Below, in pieces: positions 18,043-27,379 of a stretch of 64,000 bases of DNA (its first letter is position 1; every line of letters starts with the position of its first letter). The stretch comes from a bacterium CG_4_9_14_3_um_filter_65_15 (GTDB lineage: Bacteria; Krumholzibacteriota; Krumholzibacteriia; LZORAL124-64-63): NCBI GenBank assembly GCA_002790835.1, contig PFVX01000056.1, positions 24,508-88,507 on the forward strand, read 5' to 3'. The notes under the pieces were generated by a model, which worked only from the letters and a program-made list of their open reading frames with translations, was not told the origin of the DNA and made no database searches. The position numbers were made by a program, and so were the translations under genes.

Positions 18043-18823
18043 CGGGGCGGCTTCGGCGGGGTCCTCTCTCGCCGGACCGGTAGATGCGACCCAGTTCCAT
18101 GGCCAGGTCTTCCTGCGACAGTCCCCGCTTGATCCGTCCGTCGTGCACCACACTGATGGCGCGCGTTTCCTCCGAGACCACGATCACCACACAATCGCTC
18201 TGCTCGGAAATCCCGATGGCTGCCCGGTGGCGAGTGCCCAGCACGTAGCCGAGTTCCTCCTGCTCGGTGATGGGCAGGACGACGGCCGCCGCGGCGATCC
18301 GACCCTGGCTGATGATGACCGCCCCGTCGTGCAGGGGACCGGGCGGGGTGAACACCGTTTCCAGGGTGGCGGCGGTGATTTCGGCATCCAGCAACACGCC
18401 CTTCTGGATCCAGTCGCTGAGTTTCACCTCGCGCTCGATGACGATCAGGGCGCCCAGGCCGCGCTTGCTCAGCCGCTTGGCCGCCTGCAGGATTTCCTCT
18501 TCGGCGGGAATGCGGTCCACGGCCCGGAACATGCCCAGGCCGCGGCGCAGGCCCAGGTTGGTCAGGGCGGAGCGCAGCTCGGGCTGGAAGATGATGATGA
18601 AGGCCACGACCCAGACGGTCTTGAGGGTGCCGATGATGCTTCCGACCACGATCATGCGCAGGTTGGTGGCCAGGAAGGAGAGGATCAGCAGGAAGGCCAG
18701 GCCGGCGAACATCTGGATCACCCGCGTGTCCTTGATGAACACGATGAGGCGGTACAGCAGATACGCCACGATGATGATATCGAGGAGATCGATCAGGGGG
18801 CTTTGGATGATCTTGTTCCACAT
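17942..18823 (-). CDS. cdaA: Diadenylate cyclase CdaA (membrane-bound c-di-AMP synthase) with Pro/Ala-rich C-terminal tail
   Basis: Three N-terminal TM helices (LLDIIIVAYLLYRLIVFI...). DAC-domain motifs LHDGAVII and GTRHRAAIG. A low-complexity C-terminal tail of about 45 aa overlaps the 3' end of the convergent HD-GYP gene by about 100 bp. Confidence 0.85.
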   Translation of the reverse strand: MWNKIIQSPLIDLLDIIIVAYLLYRLIVFIKDTRVIQMFAGLAFLLILSFLATNLRMIVVGSIIGTLKTVWVVAFIIIFQPELRSALTNLGLRRGLGMFRAVDRIPAEEEILQAAKRLSKRGLGALIVIEREVKLSDWIQKGVLLDAEITAATLETVFTPPGPLHDGAVIISQGRIAAAAVVLPITEQEELGYVLGTRHRAAIGISEQSDCVVIVVSEETRAISVVHDGRIKRGLSQEDLAMELGRIYRSGERGPRRSRPVKPGPAPAPGPASPHAGKAAPGPDRSADPDYQA

Positions 18824-19343
18824 GATGGAAGCAAGGTATCACCGCCTCGATAGCGGAACAACAGGAGTTTGGCGCCTGACGGGCCACCAAGTCGGTATTC
18901 CAAGGCCACGAACCGGGGGCCATCTGCTGGCATGACCTGATGACCCATGATCCGGACCAGGCCGGCGGTTTCCACCGGGGCCTTCCGGGTTGGGCGATCC
19001 GGGAAATGGAATTTCCCAGGTTCCCGTCCTATTATACTTTCGCGAGCGGACCCGAGCTCTGGAACTCGGCGGCAAGGAACTGGTGGCTCCGAAGGACAGT
19101 CCGGGCCACGGGCGCTTCGCCGTCCTGCAGGACCCGCAGGACCCGCAGGATGCCGGTTTTCGCCGTGCATCAAGCGCAACAAGCCTGAGTGAGGGCGACA
19201 ATGCGCCCCCGACGAAATGGATTTGAGATGGGAAGAATCGCTTTGACCAAGAAGGACTGGCTGCTGGCTCTGGTGATCATCGCGGGCGCGGCGGCTCTGA
19301 TATCGGCACTGTCCATGTAGATCGCGGGGCCGGGCGTCCTCTC

Positions 19344-19700
19344 GTGGAAGTCCTGGTCCCGGCGTTGTTGCTGGTGGTCATGCACCGGGGATGGGAACCC
19401 GCTCACCTCTTGCTCTGGGTCGGGTCCTATCTGGATGATCTGCTATGCCTGCCGGTGGTTCTGGGGGTGGTCCTGGCGTCCCTCCGGTGGTTCCGGCACC
19501 GACCCGACCTCACGCTGCCGGTCCAACTGGGATTGGTGACCCTGGTCCTGTATGCCGGCTGGTTTGAACTGGTCCTGCCCCGGGTGAACTCCCGGGCCAC
19601 CGCCGATCCCCTCGATGCCGTCGCCTATGCGGTCGGCCTGGCCCTGTTCATGGTCTTCATCAACCGACCGGTCTTTGCGGGCCGGGAAAGGAAAACCTGA
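19344..19700 (+). CDS. Small hydrophobic membrane protein (hypothetical)
   Basis: GTG start, 118 aa, three hydrophobic segments. It is preceded by a separate 30-aa TM-peptide ORF (19228-19320, MGRIALTKKDWLLALVIIAGAAALISALSM) in another frame. Confidence 0.3.
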   Translation: MEVLVPALLLVVMHRGWEPAHLLLWVGSYLDDLLCLPVVLGVVLASLRWFRHRPDLTLPVQLGLVTLVLYAGWFELVLPRVNSRATADPLDAVAYAVGLALFMVFINRPVFAGRERKT

Positions 19701-20308
19701 TGGATGCGTTCGCCGCCATCGAAGCCCGTCGCGCCGTCAAGAAGTTCGACCCCCAGCACCGGATGACGGAGGCGGAGATCGAACGGTTGATGCGGGCGGC
19801 GGCCCTGACGCCGACCTCCTTCAACATCCAGAACTACCGCTTCGTGGTGGTGACGGACCCGGACCGGAAACGGCAGATCCGCGCCGCGGGCTGGAATCAG
19901 GCGCAGTTCAGCGAGTGCTCGGCTCTGGTGATCGTATGTGGGGATCGTGGGGCCTACGCCAAGGATCCCGCCCGGTACTGGGCCCATGTCGAGGACAAGA
20001 CCCGGGAGGCCATCGTGGGCATGATCACCGGATACTACGGCACCCACCCGGAAGGCCGCCGGGACGAAAACCTCCGCTCCGGGAGCATGGCGGCCATGAC
20101 GATCATGTTGGCGGCCAAGGCCATGGATTATGACACCTGCCCCATGGTCGGGTTCGATTTCGACGCCGTCGCGAGCCTGATCGCCCTGCCGCCGGCTCAC
20201 GACATCATCATGGCCGTGGCGGTGGGCAAGGCCCTGGAACCGGCTCGTTCACGCACGGGGCAGGTCCCCCTGGCGGAGCTGGTGCTTCGCGACCGCTTCG
20301 ACTCGTGA
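19700..20308 (+). CDS. Nitroreductase-family NAD(P)H:FMN oxidoreductase
   Basis: AIEARRAVKKFDP...TPTSFNIQNYRFVVV... fits the nitroreductase fold pattern. Confidence 0.75.
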   Translation: MDAFAAIEARRAVKKFDPQHRMTEAEIERLMRAAALTPTSFNIQNYRFVVVTDPDRKRQIRAAGWNQAQFSECSALVIVCGDRGAYAKDPARYWAHVEDKTREAIVGMITGYYGTHPEGRRDENLRSGSMAAMTIMLAAKAMDYDTCPMVGFDFDAVASLIALPPAHDIIMAVAVGKALEPARSRTGQVPLAELVLRDRFDS

Positions 20309-20351
20309 CTGGCGCTGGACAGCAAACCTCCGCGTGGTTAATGTCCCGGGC

Positions 20352-20906
20352 ATGAAGATCGCGTTCATCGGCACTCACGGCGTGGGCAAGACGACCCTAT
20401 GCTACCAGTTGGCAGCGGTATTGAAGCGCCTGGACATCGGCGTGGATCTGGTCAAGGAAGTCGCCCGGGGGTGCCCCCTGCCCATCAACCGCGAGACCAA
20501 CGCGGCGGCGCAGAACTGGATCCTGCACACCCAGGTCTCGCGTGAAATCGAACTCGCCGCCCGCAACGACGCCATCGTCTGTGATCGCGCGGTGGTGGAC
20601 AATTACGCCTACATGGTTCACGCCGCGGGGCATCGACCCGAGATCGAGCCCTTCATCCGCCACTGGATGTCCACCTACACCCTGCTGGTCAAGGTGCCGG
20701 TGGTGGCCCCGCCTTCCTTCGACGGAACCCGGGATACCTCGGTGGACTTCCAGCTCGCCATCGATTCCCTGATCGACGAGCTGTGTCGGGATTTCGGCCT
20801 GGCGCCCCTCCATCTGCCCCCTGCGGCACGGGACCGGTGGGTGGAGGAGGTCCTCAAGGCGATGGACCTTCCCAGCCGACCACCCCAGATGGATCTTTTC
20901 TCCTGA
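20352..20906 (+). CDS. P-loop NTPase (AAA_28/NadR-kinase-like ATPase)
   Basis: Walker A IAFIGTHGVGKTTL. Small single-domain ATPase/kinase-like protein. Confidence 0.55.
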   Translation: MKIAFIGTHGVGKTTLCYQLAAVLKRLDIGVDLVKEVARGCPLPINRETNAAAQNWILHTQVSREIELAARNDAIVCDRAVVDNYAYMVHAAGHRPEIEPFIRHWMSTYTLLVKVPVVAPPSFDGTRDTSVDFQLAIDSLIDELCRDFGLAPLHLPPAARDRWVEEVLKAMDLPSRPPQMDLFS

Positions 20907-21101
20907 TTGACCATTTCCGGCAATTTGCAGGCGGTCTGGGGCGTTTTGCATCCTCATCGGGTGCGCTGGTCTTTTTTGCGCCCGAATCAGGAATTTTTGG
21001 CGGGGAACGGGTTTTGCATTAAATTAGGGGGCAGGACACGGAAGCGACCCCGACCGAGCCTGCCGGAGCCGAACCCCGCCTCGTGCGGTTGACCCCATAT
21101 T

Positions 21102-22001
21102 TTGTGGAGAGAAAAATTGTCGTCCTTGAGCTTGCGGGTAATGACCTTCAACCTGCTGACCGCCAACAAGAAACAACGCACCCACCCCTGGCGCCTGCGC
21201 AAGCGGAACATCGCGCGCATCATCACCGCCTTGGGGCCGGACGTCGTGGGCACCCAGGAAGCCAATTTCCGCCAGCTGAGCGAACTGGCTGAATTGCTTC
21301 CGGATTACGACTTCCACGGCGAAGGCAACCTCGGCCGGGACATGGTGCACAGCGATCAGAGCTGGTTCTGCGCCACCTTTTTCCGCCGTGACCGGGTCCG
21401 GCAACTGGACGCCCCCGGACAGAGCGACACCCTGTGGCTTTCCCCGACCCCGGAAATCCCCGCCTCGTCCTTCAATCTCGGCACCCGCCCGCGGCTGGTG
21501 ACCTGGAACAAGTTCGAATTGCTGGGCTCCGGCCGGGAATTCATCTTCGGCACCACGCACCTCGAGGCGGTCAACCGCTGGCACCGCAAGCGCAGCGCCG
21601 AGATGTTGCGCCGTTACGTGAGCGATCGGGTCGCCGAACTGGGTTCCGATATTCCCGTGTTCCTGACCGGCGACTTCAACGCGGTGGCCGATTCCCCGGA
21701 GATCCGGGCCATGGCCGACCCGCGTCCGGGCCTGGAGCCCCTGTACGACGCCTGGGCCGAGGTGCGCGCGGGAGACTGCCCGGTGGGCTGTTCCGACGGC
21801 GAGACCTTCCGGGGCCTGGGTCTGCGCGACCGTGTGGGGCGCAAACTCATGGGGCCGCGCCGCATCGACTACGTGTTCTTCCGGCCGCGCCCGCTGGTGC
21901 GGTCCGTCAGCCGGGTCGACTACGCCGATCTGGAACACCGCCAGCAGGCCTTGCCGTCGGACCACTACCCCGTGGTCGCGGAATTCGAGCTTGCGGGGTG
22001 A
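21102..22001 (+). CDS. Endonuclease/exonuclease/phosphatase (EEP) family protein
   Basis: LRVMTFNLL...VVGTQEA...GTTHLEA...LTGDFNA...SDHYPVVAEF are canonical EEP motifs. The true start is probably the TTG at 21117 (SD GGAGAG) or the ATG at 21141. Confidence 0.7.
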   Translation: MWREKLSSLSLRVMTFNLLTANKKQRTHPWRLRKRNIARIITALGPDVVGTQEANFRQLSELAELLPDYDFHGEGNLGRDMVHSDQSWFCATFFRRDRVRQLDAPGQSDTLWLSPTPEIPASSFNLGTRPRLVTWNKFELLGSGREFIFGTTHLEAVNRWHRKRSAEMLRRYVSDRVAELGSDIPVFLTGDFNAVADSPEIRAMADPRPGLEPLYDAWAEVRAGDCPVGCSDGETFRGLGLRDRVGRKLMGPRRIDYVFFRPRPLVRSVSRVDYADLEHRQQALPSDHYPVVAEFELAG

Positions 22002-22029
22002 CCCCGGCTTCTGGCATGATCGCCTTGTG

Positions 22030-22509
22030 AACGCCGTCCCAACCATCATCGAAGATGCCCTGCGCCTGATACCCGCTCCCGTAGCGGTGATCGGTGCCGC
22101 TTCTGAGGGAACCCTGGGTGGACTGACAGCCGCCTGGTTGACCCGCGTCTCCCTGGATCCGCCCCTGCTGCTGGTGGCCATCGGCCGGCAGCGCTTCACC
22201 TACGACCTGCTGCGCCATTCCACCGCCTTCACGGTGTCCCTACTGCATGCCGATCAGGTCGCCGAAGCACGCCTTTTCGGACTGTACTCGAGGCGCGAAC
22301 GGGATAAATGGGATGAAGTGGACCACGATTTGCTTGGCGAGGGTATTCCGGCCCTGCGCCGTTGCAGCGCGCGTTTCCTGTGCCGGATCGGGGACATGGT
22401 CCCCACCGGCGATCACGACCTGTTCATCGGCCGCGTCGAGAGCGCGGAGATCCTGGCCGGACAGCCGGCATTGCCCATGCGGGGCCGCGATTACGCCCCG
22501 TCCGAATGA
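22030..22509 (+). CDS. Flavin reductase-like (FMN-binding split-barrel) protein
   Basis: LIPAPVAVIGAASEGTLGGLTAAWLTRVSLDPPLLLVAIGR... is typical of flavin reductase domains. The start is uncertain (GTG at 22030). Confidence 0.55.
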   Translation, partial: NAVPTIIEDALRLIPAPVAVIGAASEGTLGGLTAAWLTRVSLDPPLLLVAIGRQRFTYDLLRHSTAFTVSLLHADQVAEARLFGLYSRRERDKWDEVDHDLLGEGIPALRRCSARFLCRIGDMVPTGDHDLFIGRVESAEILAGQPALPMRGRDYAPSE

Positions 22510-22616
22510 GCGCCGTCCAGGGGCCGCTTGCCGATTCCCCGGATGGGGTTAGAATGTCGCCTAGGGCCGGCTCGGGCCCGCACGAACCGGATTTGAACCC
22601 CCAGGAGGTTGGCCGT

Positions 22617-22976
22617 ATGGAATCAACCCGCTCTGAGCTGATCAACAGCACTTTTCCCCCCGAGATCCAATCCCTGCCCAAAGTCGAGATTCCCGTAGAT
22701 GGCGTGACCGGATACTGCCTGCAGAACAAGGACCGGCAGGTGGTTTTTTTCCGGTTCGACGAAGGGGTCACGTTTCCTGATCACAGCCATTGCGAACAGC
22801 TGGGCATGGTGGTCGAGGGCGAAATGATCATAGAGATCGAAGGTCAGAGCAATCTGTACCAGACCGGGGATACCTACCGCGTCCCCGGGGGTGTCAAACA
22901 CCGCGCCAGTTTCACGCGGCCGACGACCCTGATCGACATGTCCGAGGCGCCCGACCGTTATCCGGTCCTCCGCTGA
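22617..22976 (+). CDS. Cupin-domain protein
   Basis: About 119 aa with a cupin two-motif pattern (GVTFPDHSHCEQLGMVVEGEM ... GDTYRVPGGVKH). SD GGAGG precedes the ATG at 22617. Confidence 0.6.
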   Translation: MESTRSELINSTFPPEIQSLPKVEIPVDGVTGYCLQNKDRQVVFFRFDEGVTFPDHSHCEQLGMVVEGEMIIEIEGQSNLYQTGDTYRVPGGVKHRASFTRPTTLIDMSEAPDRYPVLR

Positions 22977-22999
22977 TTCCGGCGACATTGTTGCTTGAC

Positions 23000-23030
23000 G
23001 GCCTCCCTGCATGGGGAGGCCGTTTTTATT
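23000..23030 (+). terminator. Rho-independent terminator after the cupin gene
   Basis: 8-bp GC stem ggcctccc/gggaggcc, a 6-nt loop, then GTTTTTATT. The T-run overlaps the stop codon of the convergent M16 gene. Confidence 0.65.
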
Positions 23031-25743
23031 CCCGTGGGCCGACGACCACTTCGCAGCGACCGCTACGGACCAGGCTTGCCGACACGGCCTGGATGTCCGC
23101 GGGGGTGACCGCTTGGAGGCTGGCGATCAGGTCGCCCAGGTCGTCCGCGGGCCGGCCGTAGACACGGTTGCGCATGGCCCGGCTGATCCGGGAGGAGTTG
23201 GACTGGCTGCCGATGGCGAGATTGCCGCAAAGCTTGGCGCGCGCCCGTTCCAGTTCCTCGGCGGCCACCGGCTCGTCGACCATGCGGTCCAGTTCGGCCA
23301 GCAGGGTTTCCCGGGCGGCGTCTTCCGATTCGGGCGCAGTCAGCACGTAACCCAGGAACATTCCCTGGCCGAATCCGGCGGTCGTCATCACGCCCGTGTT
23401 GTAGCACAGGGAGCGCCGGTTGCGCAGTTCTTCGAACAGCCGGCCACTCTGGCCGTTGAGGATTTCCTTGTAGAGCATCCGGGCCGGGCGCATCTCGTCG
23501 GGGTTGCGCGGACCGGGCCAGCCGACCAGCAGAACACATTGGTTGATGCGACGCCTCAGTCGCACGAGTTCGGCATCCCGGCGCACATGGGCTGGGCCGG
23601 GATCCGGACGCTCGGCAACGCCCGCGGGCAGCCCGGTCAGCATCTTGTCGAGACGCGGCAGCAGTTTCTCGGGGTGGATGTCGCCGGAAACGACGATCTG
23701 CAGGGCCTGTGGCCGCCACACGGCGGAGTGGGCATCCGTCACCTGCCGCCGGTCCAGACGGGGCAGGCTTTCGCTGGTGCCCACCAGGGGCCGCCCATAG
23801 GGGTGGTCGCCGTAGAGCATCTCGCGCAGTTTGACCACCCCGAGCTGCAGGGGGTTGTCCTCCAGTGATGCCAACTCCTCCAGGGCCAGACGACGCTCCT
23901 GTTCGATCTCGTCCGCGGCGAAGTCCGCTCGTCCGATGATGTCGGCCAGGATGTTCAGGGGGCCGTCCAGGCGGTCGATCAGGCCGGAAAAAATTAGGCC
24001 GGTAAAGTCGCGGTCGGTGACGGGGGAGATGCTTGCGCCGGCCGCCTCCAGACGGCCGTGAAGCACGGCGGAGTCCATCCCGGCGGCTCCCTTGACCTGA
24101 ACCGATGCGCTCAGGGAGGTCAGGCCGCTTGTGGCGGCGGTTTCCCCGCACGCCCCGCCCACCGAAGTCACCGCCAGGGTGACCACGGGCAGGGTGCGGT
24201 CGATGCGGTAGCAGATTTCGGCGCCGCAGGACAGGGTTTCGGTGACGAAGGGCAGGACTTCCCCGCCCAGGGCGATCATGACCTGGAACCCGGTCACCGT
24301 ATCGCTTGCGATTTCGCCGCCGCCGTCATTGGTCAGGGAATCCTTCAACATGTCCGCCAAGGAATCCGGGTCGGTCGGATGACCGGCCGTGTCGGCGTCC
24401 TCGGGAGAGTAGATCACCACGCTGATCTGGTCGCGGGCGAACACCTGACCGGCCAGTTCGGCCACCTTGCCGCGCGTGACCCGGCCGATGCGGGCGGGGA
24501 AAGTGAAGGCCCCTTCGAGGTCGTCCAGCAGGGCTTGGCTACCCATGAGTCGGGCCTGTCCCTGCACCGTCTCAGCCCCGAAGTGGAAGGCCCGCAGCAC
24601 GCGGACCCGGGCGCGTTCCAGTTCCTCGTCGGTGCCTCCGGTGCGCTTGAGGTCCTCCAGGACGCCGACGACGGCCCGCATGGCGGCGGGCAGGCGTTGG
24701 GTATCGGTTTCCAGATCGATGACGAATACACCCTCGCGCGGCCCGGCCTCGCCCATGACGACAAAATCGTCGATGAGGTGCTTGGTCTCCTGGATCTCGC
24801 GGTAGATACGGCTGCTTCGCCCCTCGGAAAGGATCTGGTTGATCACTGCCATGACCTGGTCGGGATCATCCCCGTGGCCGGGGGCGGAGAAGACCAGCTT
24901 GGCGTAACACTTCTTGATGTCGCCCTTTTCGGTGCGCAGCCGGGGGCCGTCGTGGCGCGGCTCGGCGCCGGGGGAGGCGACCATGGCGGTCTCGGGCGCG
25001 GGAGTCTCCGGCGGCCGCGAAGCCGTCGCGAACTTTTCCCTGATCAGGGCGAAGGCATCTTCGGCGGTGAAGTCGCCCACCGCGACCACGACCATGTTGT
25101 CGGGCCGATAGGCGCTGCGCCAGTAGGCCATGATCTGTTCGCGGCTGCGCTCGCGCAGGTTCTCGTCCCGACCCCCGATGGGGTGGCGGTAGGGGCTCTC
25201 GCTGAAAGCCAGGTCCAAACCCCAGCGCCAGGTGATCCCGTAGCCGAAAGGCACGTCGTCGTACATGTGGTTCTCGTGGACGAGCACCTCGCGTTCCGCG
25301 TCCAGGGCCGCCGGTTCGAACGTGCTGTGAAACGGGACGTCGCTCAGGATGTCCACGGCCACAGCCAGTTCATTCGCCGGAACGGTGATGTGGTAGTTGG
25401 TGCTCTCGTAACCCGTGCCGGCGTTGGTGGATCCTCCGGCCTCGGCGACTTCGCGGGCGAAATCGCCTTCCCCGCGCCGCGTCGTCCCCTTGAACAGCAG
25501 GTGTTCGATGCCGTGGGACCACCCCCGCAGGGCGGCGGGCTCGCGGTTGCTGCCGGCGCCCACCCACACGTTGCAGATGGCCACGGGGGCGCGGTGGTTT
25601 TCGCGGATGATCACGCGCAGGCCGTTGGCGAGGCGCGCGGTGAAGAGGCCGGGGCACAGTTCGCAGGGATGGATCTGGCCGTCGGGGTGGAAATCGTTGT
25701 TCATGGTTTCGCTTTCGCCAGGTGGGTCGGTGGTTGGATCCAT
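23026..25743 (-). CDS. M16-family zinc metallopeptidase (pitrilysin-like), two tandem M16 units
   Basis: Inverted zinc-binding motif HGIEHLLFKGT (HxxEH), followed by a second inactive-type M16 half, about 900 aa in total. No signal peptide. An alternative start is at 25705 (MNNDF). Confidence 0.8.
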   Translation of the reverse strand: MDPTTDPPGESETMNNDFHPDGQIHPCELCPGLFTARLANGLRVIIRENHRAPVAICNVWVGAGSNREPAALRGWSHGIEHLLFKGTTRRGEGDFAREVAEAGGSTNAGTGYESTNYHITVPANELAVAVDILSDVPFHSTFEPAALDAEREVLVHENHMYDDVPFGYGITWRWGLDLAFSESPYRHPIGGRDENLRERSREQIMAYWRSAYRPDNMVVVAVGDFTAEDAFALIREKFATASRPPETPAPETAMVASPGAEPRHDGPRLRTEKGDIKKCYAKLVFSAPGHGDDPDQVMAVINQILSEGRSSRIYREIQETKHLIDDFVVMGEAGPREGVFVIDLETDTQRLPAAMRAVVGVLEDLKRTGGTDEELERARVRVLRAFHFGAETVQGQARLMGSQALLDDLEGAFTFPARIGRVTRGKVAELAGQVFARDQISVVIYSPEDADTAGHPTDPDSLADMLKDSLTNDGGGEIASDTVTGFQVMIALGGEVLPFVTETLSCGAEICYRIDRTLPVVTLAVTSVGGACGETAATSGLTSLSASVQVKGAAGMDSAVLHGRLEAAGASISPVTDRDFTGLIFSGLIDRLDGPLNILADIIGRADFAADEIEQERRLALEELASLEDNPLQLGVVKLREMLYGDHPYGRPLVGTSESLPRLDRRQVTDAHSAVWRPQALQIVVSGDIHPEKLLPRLDKMLTGLPAGVAERPDPGPAHVRRDAELVRLRRRINQCVLLVGWPGPRNPDEMRPARMLYKEILNGQSGRLFEELRNRRSLCYNTGVMTTAGFGQGMFLGYVLTAPESEDAARETLLAELDRMVDEPVAAEELERARAKLCGNLAIGSQSNSSRISRAMRNRVYGRPADDLGDLIASLQAVTPADIQAVSASLVRSGRCEVVVGPRE

Positions 25744-25801
25744 TATGGAGGCGCCGGGGGGATTGCCAAGGGCAAAGGCGGAAAACCGGGAGACAGGGGG
25801 G

Positions 25802-26641
25802 TCAATCCTCGCGCAGGAAAAGGTCCGCCCAGGTTGCAGGCAGGTGGCCACGGGGCGCAACCAGGGCCAGGGCCAGATCACCCTCGATCCAGACCAGGGC
25901 TTCCCGTTCCCAGCCCTCGCCGTGATACACACGGTGACCGCGCACGATCCGGAAACCCATGTCGCCGGGAGTGAGTCCCTCGGCCGGGACGGCGAACAGG
26001 ATGGCCTCGTTCCCGTCGGGGGTGGCGTAGGCCGCGAGGGCGGAAAGGCGGTTGACGGTATGCCAGACCCGACCGCCTTCCAGGACGAAGTCGGGTGTGC
26101 CGGCCGGCAGATCAGGGGAGAAATGCAATGAACCCTCCAACCACCGGGTCAAAGCGGCCGGATCGTTCATGCGGACTTCGAGGGAGTTGTCCAGTTGCGC
26201 GAACAGATAATGGTCATGGGTCACGTCGAGGATGTAATCGCCGAGGGTCCGGGCAACCTGTCCGGACGTCTGGCCGCTCCGGAACACGCCCTGCCGATCC
26301 AGCAGGACGCCCAGCACCAGCGAGGCGGCCATGGCCACCGGGATCAGCGCCTGGCCCCAGCGGCGAAAGGAGCGCCTGCCCGCGGATCCGGGGATTTGCC
26401 GGGGAATTGACGGCGGAGTTGTCGCCGCCTCCAGGTGGGACTCGAGGGTCGCGCGCAGGCCGGCCGGGATGGCGGCGGAATAGCGGGGCAAATCCTTCAG
26501 GCGCCCGCCCATTGCCTCCACGCCGGCCAGGAAACGGCGACAGTGGGGACACCGGCTGGCGTGGGCGGCGTGCTCGGGCGTCCAGGTATCGCCGCGGGGA
26601 TCGTCATGGATGATGGGACACAGGGCTGTCGGATGACTCAT
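25802..26641 (-). CDS. Anti-sigma factor (zf-HC2 type) with single TM helix and periplasmic domain
   Basis: N-terminal HASRCPHCRRF is an H-x3-C-x2-C zinc motif. A TM segment ALIPVAMAASLVLGVLL follows. It lies immediately downstream of the ECF sigma gene (6-nt gap). Confidence 0.6.
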   Translation of the reverse strand: MSHPTALCPIIHDDPRGDTWTPEHAAHASRCPHCRRFLAGVEAMGGRLKDLPRYSAAIPAGLRATLESHLEAATTPPSIPRQIPGSAGRRSFRRWGQALIPVAMAASLVLGVLLDRQGVFRSGQTSGQVARTLGDYILDVTHDHYLFAQLDNSLEVRMNDPAALTRWLEGSLHFSPDLPAGTPDFVLEGGRVWHTVNRLSALAAYATPDGNEAILFAVPAEGLTPGDMGFRIVRGHRVYHGEGWEREALVWIEGDLALALVAPRGHLPATWADLFLRED

Positions 26642-26647
26642 GACGAT

Positions 26648-27322
26648 TCACGCTCCTTCCCGGCGGAGTTGGGTCTCATCCTGGGGTTCGGACAAGAGAC
26701 GGTAAAGCCTCCGTCGCGCCCGGTGCAAACCCGACCGCAGAGTCCCCAGGGGAATCTCGAGACTGGCCGCCGCTTCTTCATAAGGCCAGCCTTCCACGTC
26801 GACCAGCAGGAGGCCGGCCCTCCACAAGGGCGGAAGCTGTTGCAGGGCACGGTCGAGATCGGCCGAAAAGGCGTTGCGGATGATTTCGGGTTCCCAATCG
26901 GGATCCGCCAGGGTGTTCTCCACCGCCCAATCCGCATCGGCGTCCCACTGGTCTTCCGGACGGGCTCGGAGTTGGCGCCAGTGGTCACGGCAGGTGTTGT
27001 GAACGATGCGGGCCAGCCAGCTGCGGCCGTTGCTGCCGGGCGTGAAATTGCCGAATCCGCGCAGAGCCTTGATGAAGGCTTCCTGGGCCACGTCCTTTGC
27101 ATGGTCCCCACCGGCGCAGACACTGCACGCCATGCGATACAGCACGTCGAGGTGGGGCATGATCTCCGCATCGAAGCGGAGTCGGTCTTGTGGTGAGAGG
27201 TACGGATCCAAGGTGCACGGTCCAGGCAAAAGGTGAACCCGAAATTCCAACCCTTCAAGCTTAACGCATTTGCCGCCACTTGTCGCATACTCCTGTGTCG
27301 CCGGGCCGGGATTCGATGTCAC
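26648..27322 (-). CDS. RNA polymerase sigma-70 factor, ECF subfamily
   Basis: Region 2 DRLRFDAEIMPHLDVLYRMA...VAQEAFIKALRGF. Region 4 EAAASLEIPLGTLRSGLHRARRRL. The true start may lie downstream of 27322. Confidence 0.8.
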   Translation of the reverse strand: MTSNPGPATQEYATSGGKCVKLEGLEFRVHLLPGPCTLDPYLSPQDRLRFDAEIMPHLDVLYRMACSVCAGGDHAKDVAQEAFIKALRGFGNFTPGSNGRSWLARIVHNTCRDHWRQLRARPEDQWDADADWAVENTLADPDWEPEIIRNAFSADLDRALQQLPPLWRAGLLLVDVEGWPYEEAAASLEIPLGTLRSGLHRARRRLYRLLSEPQDETQLRREGA

Positions 27323-27379
27323 CCTGGGCTGATCTCGGGCTCTGCCTCAGCAGGAACCCCGGCCCGGTTTTCTTGTGCC

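Noticed and set aside
18940-19192. Small ORFs (about 80 aa) and short repeats in the 400-bp cdaA upstream spacer: palindrome GGGAAAT-gga-ATTTCCC at 19001-19017 and tandem gcaggaccc x2.8 at 19127-19151
   Set aside because: The ORFs have no SD or motifs and are Arg/Pro-rich. The repeats are too short to distinguish from chance, although the palindrome could be an operator for cdaA.
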